From NCBI GenBank assembly GCA_044226625.1, contig JBGAGQ010000016.1, positions 1-64,000 on the forward strand: 64,000 bases of DNA. Reading direction: 5' to 3'. Numbering within the stretch: the first letter of the stretch is position 1; every line of letters starts with the position of its first letter. Shown here one piece after another: positions 19,812-28,078 of the stretch. A model generated the notes under the pieces. That model was not told where the DNA came from, ran no database searches, and saw only the letters and a list, made by a program, of their open reading frames with translations. The stretch comes from Thermoanaerobaculia bacterium. Its GTDB lineage: Bacteria > Acidobacteriota > Thermoanaerobaculia > Multivoradales > UBA5704. The position numbers and the translations under genes were made by a program.

Positions 19812-21518
19812 ATGACGACCTTTCTCGATCTCCTCCTCGGCGACTCGCTGACCCGGCTGGTGTTCCTGCCGGCGGCGGCCTGCCTTCCGCTCCTCCTGCT
19901 GCCCAAGGGGAACGCGAAGGCGACGAAGATCTATGCCCTCCTGGTCTCCCTCCTCGAGCTCGCGCTCGGCGTCGCCTACGTCGCCGCCCGCTGGGTCCCG
20001 GGGGGCGGATTCCCGCTGTTCCGCGACGTCCCCGGAGTCGAGGGCTCCCCCGCCGGACTCCCGTGGATTTCGGCCTACGGCATCCGCTACGACCTGGCCA
20101 TCGACGGCATCTCGATGCCGCTCGCGATGCTCACGCTGCTCTTGCTGCCGATCGTCTTCCTCGCCTCGTGGAAAGGGATCGAGAAGCACTGGCGCACGTT
20201 CGCGGCGGCGTTCCTGTGCCTGACCACCGGCATCCTCGGCGCCCTGTTCGCCTACGATCTGTTCGTCTTCTACCTCTTCTGGGAAGTGATGCTGATCCCG
20301 ATGTACCTGATCATCGGCATCTGGGGTGGCGAGCGGCGAATCTACGCGGCGGTCAAGTTCTTCCTGTTCACCATGGCGGGCAGCCTTCTGATGCTGGTCG
20401 CGATCCTCTGGCTCGCGTTCACCTACAAGCAGGTCGCGGGCGCCTGGAGCTTCGCCTACACGGACCTCCTCCGGCTCGACCTGCCGCTCGCCTCCCAAGG
20501 CTGGCTGTTCGCGGCGTTCGCGCTCGCCTTCGCGATCAAGGTGCCGATGTTCCCGTTCCACACCTGGTTGCCCGACGCCCACGTCGAGGCGCCCACGGGC
20601 GGTTCGGTGATCCTCGCCGGCATCCTGCTCAAGCTCGGCACCTACGGCTTCCTCCGCTTCGCGCTGCCGCTCTTTCCGCAGGCGAGCGAGCGGGCGCAGC
20701 CCTGGCTGGTCGCCCTCGCGTTGATCGGCATCCTCTACGGCGCGCTCGTCGCCTGGGTGCAGGTCGACATGAAGAAGCTGGTCGCCTACTCCTCGATCGC
20801 CCACCTCGGCTTCGTCATGCTCGGCCTGCTCGCGCTCGACCTGGTCGCCTGGCAGGGCGCGCTCCTCCAGATGGTGAACCACGGCCTGTCGACCGGCGCG
20901 CTCTTCCTGCTCGTCGGCATGCTCTACGACCGCCGGCACACGAAGAAGTTCGACGAGTTCGGCGGCCTCGCAGCGGTGATCCCGGTCTTCTCTTTCTGGC
21001 TCGTCCTGTCGACCCTCGCCTCGGTCGGGCTCCCCGCGCTGAACGGTTTCGCGGGCGAGTTCCTGATCCTCCTCGGGTCGTACCGGACGATCCCCTGGCC
21101 GACGGTCGCGGCCGCCTTCGGCGTCGTGCTCGCGGCGGTCTACCTGCTCAAGATGCTCTACCTGACGCTCTGGGGCCCGCTCACCAAGGACGAGAACAAG
21201 GGGCTCCGCGACCTCTCGGCCCGCGAGCTCCTGGCTCTCCTGCCGCTCGGCGTGCTGATGGTCTGGATCGGCGTCGCGCCGAACGCCTTCCTCGCCCCCA
21301 GCCGACCGGCGCTCGAATCCCTGCTCGCCGATTTCCACGCCCGCGCCGCCGAGCCGGCGCCGCAGGAGCCCGCCCTGCGCGCTGCCGCCGCGATGACGAT
21401 CGCCGAACCGAATCCCGAAGCCGACGCCAGCGTCGCGGCGCCGGACTCTCCCGACGGAGCCGGCGACGCCGCGACGAGCGCCGACGAAACCTCAAACCAG
21501 GATGGAGCGGGACGATGA
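19812..21518 (+). CDS. nuoM: NADH-quinone oxidoreductase subunit M
   Basis: FWEVMLIP, KVPMFPFHTWLPDAHVEAPT and LLKLGTYG, with an acidic low-complexity tail. Confidence 0.97.
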   Translation: MTTFLDLLLGDSLTRLVFLPAAACLPLLLLPKGNAKATKIYALLVSLLELALGVAYVAARWVPGGGFPLFRDVPGVEGSPAGLPWISAYGIRYDLAIDGISMPLAMLTLLLLPIVFLASWKGIEKHWRTFAAAFLCLTTGILGALFAYDLFVFYLFWEVMLIPMYLIIGIWGGERRIYAAVKFFLFTMAGSLLMLVAILWLAFTYKQVAGAWSFAYTDLLRLDLPLASQGWLFAAFALAFAIKVPMFPFHTWLPDAHVEAPTGGSVILAGILLKLGTYGFLRFALPLFPQASERAQPWLVALALIGILYGALVAWVQVDMKKLVAYSSIAHLGFVMLGLLALDLVAWQGALLQMVNHGLSTGALFLLVGMLYDRRHTKKFDEFGGLAAVIPVFSFWLVLSTLASVGLPALNGFAGEFLILLGSYRTIPWPTVAAAFGVVLAAVYLLKMLYLTLWGPLTKDENKGLRDLSARELLALLPLGVLMVWIGVAPNAFLAPSRPALESLLADFHARAAEPAPQEPALRAAAAMTIAEPNPEADASVAAPDSPDGAGDAATSADETSNQDGAGR

Positions 21519-22966
21519 ACGCTCACGACCTCGCGAGCCTCACCCCCGAAATGATCCTGGCCGGCGGCGGCGTGCTGCTGCTGCTGCTCGAGGCATTGCT
21601 TCCCTCACTCCGTAGGGCGTTCACCGGCATCTCCCTCGCCGTGGTCGGCGGAGCGATCTGGGGCTTCGGCCAGGTGCCCGATTTCTCGACCAGCTGGCTC
21701 GGCGCCCTCGACTGGAGCGCTCCGGCGCGCGCCTTCGCGTTCGCCGTGCTGCTCTCGACCGGCATCTGTCTCCTCGCCTCGCAGAGCTACCTCCGGCGCG
21801 AGAAAATCCTCTCCGGCGAATACCACGCCCTGCTGCTCTGGAGCGCCTGCGGCGCGCTGCTGCTCCTCCGCGCGACGGAGCTGCTGACGATCTTCCTGGC
21901 GCTCGAGCTGCTGTCGATCTGCCTCTATGCGCTCGCCGCGTACCACCGGCGGATCGAGATCGGCACCGAGGCGGCGATCAAGTACTTCCTGATGGGAGCG
22001 CTCGTCTCGGCCTTCGTCCTGCTCGGCATCGCCCTGCTCTACGGCGAGACGGGTAGCACCCGGCTCGACCAGATCGGCGCCGCGTTCTCGCTCTCCGAGA
22101 AGTTCCCGATCCTGCCGAGCCTCGGCCTGCTGCTGGTGCTCGCCGGATTCGGCTTCAAGATGAGCCTGGTCCCCTTCCACGCCTGGTCGCCGGACACCTA
22201 CCAGGGCGCGCCGACGCCGTTCGTCGCCTTCCTTTCGGTGGCGCCGAAGGTTGCGAGCGCGATGGTGTTCCTCCGGTTGCTCCAGGTCGCGGCCTCGAAT
22301 CCCGAGACGATCGGGCGCTGGTCCGGAATCGTCGCGTTCCTCTCGGTCGCGTCGATGATCGTCGGCAACCTGTTCGCCCTGGTCCAGCGCGACGTCAAGC
22401 GCATGCTCGCCTACTCGGGCATCGCCCACATGGGCTACGTGCTGCTCGCCCTGGTGGTGCCGAGCGCGAACTCGGTCGGACCGGTCGCGGTCTACCTGCT
22501 CTCCTACGTCCTGATGACCTCGGGCGCGTTCGCGGTGATCTCGCTGCTCTACGCCCGCGCGGGCGAGCAGCATCAGATCTCGGAGCTTTCCGGGCTCGGC
22601 TTCCGGTATCCCCTGCTCGGCGGTTGCCTCGCTCTGTTCATGTTCTCGCTCGCCGGCATCCCGCCGACCTTCGGTTTCTTCGGCAAGTACGTGGTGTTCC
22701 TGAACGCGGTCTCGGACGGCCGTTGGGGCCTCGCGGTCGTCGGCGTGCTCGCGAGCCTGGTAGGCGTCGTCTACTACCTCCGCGTCGTCTACACGCTCTA
22801 TATGAAGCCCGAGGCGCGCACGGCCGGCGCCACGGAAGGATCCGGCCTCCTGATCGACGGCTGGGGCCGCGCGGCGGCGCTGCTCGCGGCGCTCGGCGTG
22901 CTGGTGCTCGGCCTCTGGCCGACCCGCCTGCTCGAATGGGTGCTCGGGTCGTCCTGGACGCCCTAG
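21515..22966 (+). CDS. nuoN: NADH-quinone oxidoreductase subunit N
   Basis: EAAIKYF, FKMSLVPFHAWSPDTYQGAP and KRMLAYSGIAH. ATGA overlap with nuoM. Confidence 0.95.
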   Translation: MNAHDLASLTPEMILAGGGVLLLLLEALLPSLRRAFTGISLAVVGGAIWGFGQVPDFSTSWLGALDWSAPARAFAFAVLLSTGICLLASQSYLRREKILSGEYHALLLWSACGALLLLRATELLTIFLALELLSICLYALAAYHRRIEIGTEAAIKYFLMGALVSAFVLLGIALLYGETGSTRLDQIGAAFSLSEKFPILPSLGLLLVLAGFGFKMSLVPFHAWSPDTYQGAPTPFVAFLSVAPKVASAMVFLRLLQVAASNPETIGRWSGIVAFLSVASMIVGNLFALVQRDVKRMLAYSGIAHMGYVLLALVVPSANSVGPVAVYLLSYVLMTSGAFAVISLLYARAGEQHQISELSGLGFRYPLLGGCLALFMFSLAGIPPTFGFFGKYVVFLNAVSDGRWGLAVVGVLASLVGVVYYLRVVYTLYMKPEARTAGATEGSGLLIDGWGRAAALLAALGVLVLGLWPTRLLEWVLGSSWTP

Positions 22967-22984
22967 GCCCTTGGACGTAACAGA

Positions 22985-23626
22985 GTGCCGATCCCTCTCG
23001 TCGATCGCGAGGACGTCTCCCCTCTCACCCTCAATCGTCTCTCCGTCTATCTCCGCGTCCTGCGCCAGGTGCAGGATGCGGGCATCCGCCGCATCTCCTC
23101 CCAAGAGCTCGCGCGGCGCTACCACCTCTCCGCCGCCCAGATCCGCAAAGACCTCGCCCAATTCGGTGAGTTCGGCATCCGCGGCGTCGGCTACGAGGTG
23201 GACCTTCTCTGCCAGCGTCTGAACGACCTGCTCGGGCTCAACCGCGATCATTCGATCGTCGTGGTCGGCATGGGCAACCTCGGCAGCGCGCTCTCCCGCT
23301 ATCTCGGCTTCAACTCAGGGGCGTTCCGCGTCGTCGCGGGAGTCGACAACGACGCCGCAAAGGTCGGCCGCCAGGTCGGAGACGTCACCGTCGAGCCCGC
23401 CGGAGACCTCCCCGCAGTCATCGCCCGCACCAAAGCCGAGATCGGAGTCCTCGCCGTCCCCTCCGGAGCCGCCCAGGCGAACTACGAAGCCCTCGCCGAC
23501 GCGGGAGTCCGCGGAGTCCTCAACTTCGCCCCCGAGCGCGTCCAAGGCCGCCCGGGCGTGCCGGTCAAGAACGTCGATCTACGGATTCATTTGGAGGAGT
23601 TGGCGTTCTTTCTGCGGGAGGGGTGA
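22985..23626 (+). CDS. rex: Redox-sensing transcriptional repressor Rex
   Basis: RLSVYLR...ISSQELA...QIRKDLAQFGEFGIRGVGY (wHTH), GMGNLG Rossmann motif and LNFAP. Confidence 0.96.
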   Translation: MPIPLVDREDVSPLTLNRLSVYLRVLRQVQDAGIRRISSQELARRYHLSAAQIRKDLAQFGEFGIRGVGYEVDLLCQRLNDLLGLNRDHSIVVVGMGNLGSALSRYLGFNSGAFRVVAGVDNDAAKVGRQVGDVTVEPAGDLPAVIARTKAEIGVLAVPSGAAQANYEALADAGVRGVLNFAPERVQGRPGVPVKNVDLRIHLEELAFFLREG

Positions 23627-23676
23627 GGGGGGCAGGGGCCAGGGCTCCACGCTATGATGCCCGCGAGGAGAAAGCC

Positions 23677-23910
23677 ATGAGCAGCCTGATTCAATCCAAT
23701 CTTTCGATCATGATGGGAAAGCCGGTCGTGGCGGGAACCCGTCTGACCGTGGAACTGATTCTCGACAAGCTCGCGTCTGGCGAGTCGATCGAGGAGATCG
23801 TCCAGGCGCATCCTCGACTCACCCGGGAGGCGGTGCTTGAAGCCATCGCATTCGCTGCTCGAAGCCTTCGAGCTGATATCGTCTACCCGATTCCTGATCG
23901 AGCGGCATGA
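23677..23910 (+). CDS. DUF433-family protein (putative antitoxin)
   Basis: IMMGKPVVAGTRLTVELIL...GESIEEIVQAHPRL, with a GAGGAG RBS. Confidence 0.9.
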   Translation: MSSLIQSNLSIMMGKPVVAGTRLTVELILDKLASGESIEEIVQAHPRLTREAVLEAIAFAARSLRADIVYPIPDRAA

Positions 23911-24032
23911 AGCTGGTTGCAGACGAAAGCGTGGATGGCCAGATCGTCGCCAGCCTCCGAAACGAGGGCCATCAAGTCGCTTACGTCGCCGAGTTTGACG
24001 CCGGGATCACCGACGAAGCGGTTCTGAAGTGA
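23907..24032 (+). pseudogene. Truncated DUF5615-family PIN-like toxin
   Basis: MKLVADESVDGQIVASLRNEGHQVAYVAEFDAGITDEAVLK followed by a stop at 41 aa. ATGA-coupled to the DUF433 gene; the C-terminal half is missing. Confidence 0.8.
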
Positions 24033-24077
24033 AGCCCTCTACGAACCAACCTCCAGGCTGCGGACTTCGGAGCTCAA

Positions 24078-25352
24078 CTAAGCCTGAATCACCTCCCGCG
24101 GCGGACGAAACAGCCGCACGAACGATGCCCCCTGGCCGAGCGCACCGATCAGGTAGACGATCGCGCCAGTGGTGATCGCCGCCGAGGAGTCGAACGCACT
24201 GCCGAGGGCGAGCAGAGGCGGCGCGAGCCCGAGGCCGAGAGCGGAGCACCAGCGGGCGACCGACGAGACCCAGGCGACGGGCGGCGGCGGACCTAGAACC
24301 TGACCCGCGCCGAAGCGGCGGATCCAGAGCTCGGAGGGCAACAGCTCCCCCGCCACCGCCGCGACGAGCTGGCCCAGGAATCCGATCAGGGCGAAGACGC
24401 CGTAGGCGACCGCCCAGCGCACCGACTCCTCCGGGGCTCCGGGCCGGGCGAGAGCGAGGCCGATCCCCATCGAGGCTCCGAAGCAGGCGAACGCCGCGAG
24501 CGCCTGGGCTCGGGCGAGGTTCGGTCGGAATCGCCGCGGCCCGGGCCGGAGCCCGCGGCGCAACATCCAGCCGATCCGCAGCAGGAAACCGAGCCCTCCG
24601 GCCGTGGCGAGGAGCGCGCCGGCAAAAGCCCCCGCTCCCGTGGCGATCCCGAGCGCGATCGAGAGTACGCCGGCCTCGACAGTGAGGGCGACCGCCGTGA
24701 ACCCGCGCGCGAGCGGGACCGCCGGCAGCAGCATCGGCAGCATCACCTCGGCCATCGAGAGCGCCGTGAGCACCGCCCAGCCGAGTGCCGCGAGATGCGC
24801 GTGGGCGGCGACCGGCGTCAGGACGTCGCCCGGGACGACGTCGACCAACTTGTCGATCGACATCAGGAGCCCGAGCCCCGTGGCGAGGAAATAGTTGGCG
24901 CAGGCGAGCCGCAGGCCGACCCGTACTCCCGGCGGCATCCTCCCGCCGGAGAGGCGCCGGAAAAACCGCCCGACGAACCACCCGCCACCGAAGAACGCGC
25001 AGAGCGCCGAGCTGATCAGCCCGTACGGCTCATGGATCGCCATGTGGCTCGCGAGGCCGACCACGCCGAGGATCCAGGCCGTGACCGCCCAGCCGTCTCC
25101 CTTCCGCGGCGACGGGTCGATGCGCAACACCCTCGGAGCGAGCGAACCGAGGGCGCCGAGGATCGACGAGCCGACCCAGCCGAGGGCGGCGAGGTGGACG
25201 ATCGCGAGCAGGCGCGGCTGGTAGTAAAACCCGGCGAAGGACTCGAGCGAGGCGAGGGCCATCCCCGCCGCCGCGACCAGGCAGGCGTGGGCGAAACCGA
25301 AGAGGACGAGAGGCGCTCGCCCTTCCCGCGGTCGTGCCGGAGCCCCGGTCAC
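24078..25352 (-). CDS. His-containing polytopic membrane protein (heme-copper oxidase subunit I-like / NnrS-like)
   Basis: Repeated HLAALGW motif (VHLAALGW and AHAHLAALGW) and about 12 hydrophobic segments. Confidence 0.55.
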   Translation of the reverse strand: MTGAPARPREGRAPLVLFGFAHACLVAAAGMALASLESFAGFYYQPRLLAIVHLAALGWVGSSILGALGSLAPRVLRIDPSPRKGDGWAVTAWILGVVGLASHMAIHEPYGLISSALCAFFGGGWFVGRFFRRLSGGRMPPGVRVGLRLACANYFLATGLGLLMSIDKLVDVVPGDVLTPVAAHAHLAALGWAVLTALSMAEVMLPMLLPAVPLARGFTAVALTVEAGVLSIALGIATGAGAFAGALLATAGGLGFLLRIGWMLRRGLRPGPRRFRPNLARAQALAAFACFGASMGIGLALARPGAPEESVRWAVAYGVFALIGFLGQLVAAVAGELLPSELWIRRFGAGQVLGPPPPVAWVSSVARWCSALGLGLAPPLLALGSAFDSSAAITTGAIVYLIGALGQGASFVRLFRPPREVIQA

Positions 25353-25485
25353 CCGCTGGCCCGGCCGTGCGACTGTCTCGTCTTGGACATCGACAACCTC
25401 TCGGAATCCGGGCGAAATTCTAAGGGGCCTTCCTCAAGTCTGGACAAGCCCGAACGGGTAGTCCTCGCTCGCCGCTCCCGCGCCC

Positions 25486-25757
25486 GGGATCAGCGCTCCT
25501 TCCCGGAAGGACCAACGCTCCCGCGCGAAGGACCAGCGCTCCCGCACGAAGGATCAACGTTCCTTCGCGAAGGACCAGCGCTCCCGCACGAAGGATCAAC
25601 GTTCCTTCGCGAAGGACCAACGCTCCCGCACGAAGGACCAACGCTCCCGCACGAAGGACCAACGCTCCCGCGCGAAGGATCAGCGTTCCCGCGGGAAGGA
25701 TCAACGTTCCCGCGGGAAGGATCAACGTTCCTTCGCGAAGGACCAGGGGTCCCGCGC
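25486..25757 (+). repeat. 21-bp tandem array (12 full units plus one degenerate lead unit)
   Basis: Units of the form GAAGGAYCARCGYTCC(CGC/TTC)NN start at 25506 and recur every 21 bp up to 25737. Confidence 0.97.
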
Positions 25758-25768
25758 GGGGGAACAGG

Positions 25769-25818
25769 CAAGGAGGCATCCGCCCGGTTCGTACGCTGGA
25801 AAGACGGAGCGTTGGACC
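25769..25818 (+). repeat. Direct repeat B, left copy (RBS plus first codons of the 26847 gene, ATG lost)
   Basis: CAAGGAGGCATCCGCCCGGTTCGTACGCTGGAAAGACGGAGCGTTGGACC matches 26834-26885 at 47 of 52 positions. Confidence 0.92.
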
Positions 25819-25855
25819 TCCTTCAAACTCCCTCTCCAGCTGCCGCTCCGACGCC

Positions 25856-26500
25856 CTACGCCGCCTCGATCCGATACCGCCCGAGGCCGAACACCGTTCC
25901 CTTTCCGACGTGGATCACCTCGCCCGCGCGCAGGAGAGGCGCGAGCGGTTCGAGAACTCCTCGGAGGATGAGACTCCCCACGTAGCCGCCGAGCGGCGTG
26001 TGCGCCTGCTGGCGCTGGCTGTACCGCTCGACGTCGGAGGAAACGGAGGTCGCTCGCGTCGGCGTCGAGCATGGCGGCGTGCTCCAGCAGCAGTTTGAAG
26101 GTCCAGTCGATCGCCGCGCCCTCTTGATGGAAGTGCGCCAGCTCCAACATCCGCCGGAGGATCGCGAAGGCGAGACCTCGCGGCCGGTCGGGCGGCACCA
26201 CCCGCTTGCGGTCGAGCAGCCGCACGGGGGTCGCGAAACGGAGCCGCACGCTTCGCCCGTCGCCCGGCAACGGTTCCTTCGGAAGCGCCGAGCCGACTCG
26301 GTCGCCATCCAGCTCGGTTCCCCCGGGATCTAAGGAAAGCCGTCGCCCCGCCCCGCCGTCGGCGGCATCCAGCTCGCCACATCGAGAGCGAAACGCGCCT
26401 TCTGGCCGCCGACCGACGCCCCCAGCCCGATCGCCGCCATGCGCTCGATCGCCGCGAGCGCGTACCTCGCGAGCGCGATCGCGCGGCCGAACAGCTCCGG
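25856..26500 (-). pseudogene. cas6: Degenerate CRISPR-associated endoribonuclease Cas6
   Basis: Fragments in three pieces: LFGRAIALARYALAAIERMAAIGLG; VRLRFATPVRL...ILRRMLEL; ERYSQRQ...LGGYVG...GEVIHVGKGTVFGLGRY (Gly-rich loop). There is an internal stop, frameshifts, and no N-terminus. Confidence 0.85.
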
Positions 26501-26833
26501 CAGGCGGTAGGCGCGTGCACCGTCGCCAGCGCTCTCTTCGTTCGCGATCACGAAGACGTAGGATAGCGCGACCCAAGTGCCCATCCTCCCGGGTCGAGGA
26601 GCGGCAAATCTGCCCGAGACTCGCCCTCACGCAACCGGCGGTCGTCGGGGGCCGAAAGAATTTTCGGCTTTTCCCCCGATTTGCTCGACTTCTCGGATTT
26701 TGCCGTCTATCGTCTCTGGAGAAGGCGAAACGAGGCCTGTCGCGAGACTCGGAAGCGAGCCGGGGCGTGCCTCGTCCGGGAGCGGTTTCACCGTGCTTCA
26801 CCGTGCCGGCCACCCTCGGCCCGCACGTTTCGA

Positions 26834-26885
26834 CAAGGAGGGCATCATGCCCGATTCGTACGCTGGTAAGACGGAGCGTTGGACC
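26834..26885 (+). repeat. Direct repeat B, right copy
   Basis: Matches 25769-25818. Confidence 0.92.
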
Positions 26886-27251
26886 ACCCTGGTCGCCAAC
26901 TCGGAGCCGCTGATCGGCGCCGTGCCGGCCGCCCAGGACCTTCACGCGGAGCTCAAAGTCTCGACCGCCGAGCTCGCCGCCATGGCGCACCGGATCCAGG
27001 ACCTCATCGGCGAGGCGCACACCCTCGCCAAGAAGCGACAGGACCTGGCGCGCAAGGTGTCGGAGAACGCCACCCTGCTCAAAACCCACCTCCGGGCACA
27101 CCTGGGCCTCAAGAACCCCGAGCTGGTCCGCCTCGGCATCCGCCCGCTGGACATGCGGCGCCGGAGCTCCGCGGCGAAGGCCAAGCCGAAGGGTGCGCAG
27201 GTCCAGCAGTCTGTGGGCAGTGAAGTACCGTCCGTGAACGCCGAGGCCTGA
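26847..27251 (+). CDS. Small helical/coiled-coil protein of unknown function with a basic tail
   Basis: Strong AAGGAGG RBS. 134 aa of amphipathic helices ending HLGLKNPELVRLGIRP and RRRSSAAKAKPK. It has its own terminator. Confidence 0.8.
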   Translation: MPDSYAGKTERWTTLVANSEPLIGAVPAAQDLHAELKVSTAELAAMAHRIQDLIGEAHTLAKKRQDLARKVSENATLLKTHLRAHLGLKNPELVRLGIRPLDMRRRSSAAKAKPKGAQVQQSVGSEVPSVNAEA

Positions 27252-27263
27252 TCCGGCGTTCCA

Positions 27264-27304
27264 GGCCGGGAGAGGGGGCATACCTCTCCCGGCCGTTGTT
27301 TTTT
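27264..27304 (+). terminator. Intrinsic terminator
   Basis: 12-bp stem GGCCGGGAGAGG/CCTCTCCCGGCC with a 7-nt loop, followed by GTTGTTTTTT. Confidence 0.85.
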
Positions 27305-27448
27305 GAAAGTGCGGCCTCGCCGCCACTGTCGTGACGCCAGCGGTCGGCGCTTCGAATGCCGGCGGGGCCGCCGGCGCTCCCAGGAACGGCTTCCTGGGCG
27401 CTCTTGCCGTGACGAGCTGGCCCCCTGGGCGGAGAGTTGAAAGGCCCC

Positions 27449-27937
27449 TCAGTGCCCGTAGCTCACGACGCGCGTGATCTTCCACTCGCCGTTCGCCTGG
27501 CGCCAGACCTGGACGAATTCGAAGGTCCCGCAGTCGTCGTGGCCGTTTTCCACGTGGCAGAAGCGGTGCCGGCCGAGCTCGACGGCTCCATAGTTGGCGA
27601 TCGGAAAGACGCGGAGGGTGCCCGGGATCAGCTCGCGGCGGATGCCGTTGTTCTGGGAGAACAGGTTCGAGAAGCCTCGCTCGACGTCCGCGTAGCGTTG
27701 GAGGCCGCCCTTGTCGTGGAAGAACTCGAGTTCTTCGTCGAACAGGTCCATGAGCGCCGGGGCGTCGTGTCGGTCGAAGGCGGCGGTGAGCTTCGCGTCG
27801 CCCGCCGCGATTTCGCGGTAGAGGGTCGAGGTGGTGGGCTCTCCGAGCGACGGGGCGTCGTTCGAGTGGCGAGCGGCGCTCGCACAGGCGGCGAGGGGCA
27901 GGATGGACAGGAGGGCGAGGGCGGGCAAGGTACGCAT
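27449..27937 (-). CDS. NTF2-like (DUF4440) lipoprotein
   Basis: LAAC lipobox-like sequence, LEFFHDKGG and GAVELGRHRFC...WKITRVVSYGH. Confidence 0.85.
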   Translation of the reverse strand: MRTLPALALLSILPLAACASAARHSNDAPSLGEPTTSTLYREIAAGDAKLTAAFDRHDAPALMDLFDEELEFFHDKGGLQRYADVERGFSNLFSQNNGIRRELIPGTLRVFPIANYGAVELGRHRFCHVENGHDDCGTFEFVQVWRQANGEWKITRVVSYGH

Positions 27938-28078
27938 GGCCGTCCCTACGAGCCAGGAGCCGGCGGGTTTCCGTTGCGGTCGCATCTTCGGCGCCTCCGT
28001 TCTGCGAATCCATAGGGCGCCTTGGGGATCCCCCGCCGGGTGGCCTCCGCTTCCCGGTTGTCGGATACTTTGTTGCCA

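Noticed and set aside
25383-25396. FNR/DNR-like box TTGGACATCGACAA upstream of the His-containing membrane protein
   Set aside because: Only the TTG...CAA ends match the consensus, which is too weak.
25486-25757. 21-bp array as a CRISPR array, given the adjacent cas6
   Set aside because: Units are directly tandem, with no unique spacers of 25-45 bp.
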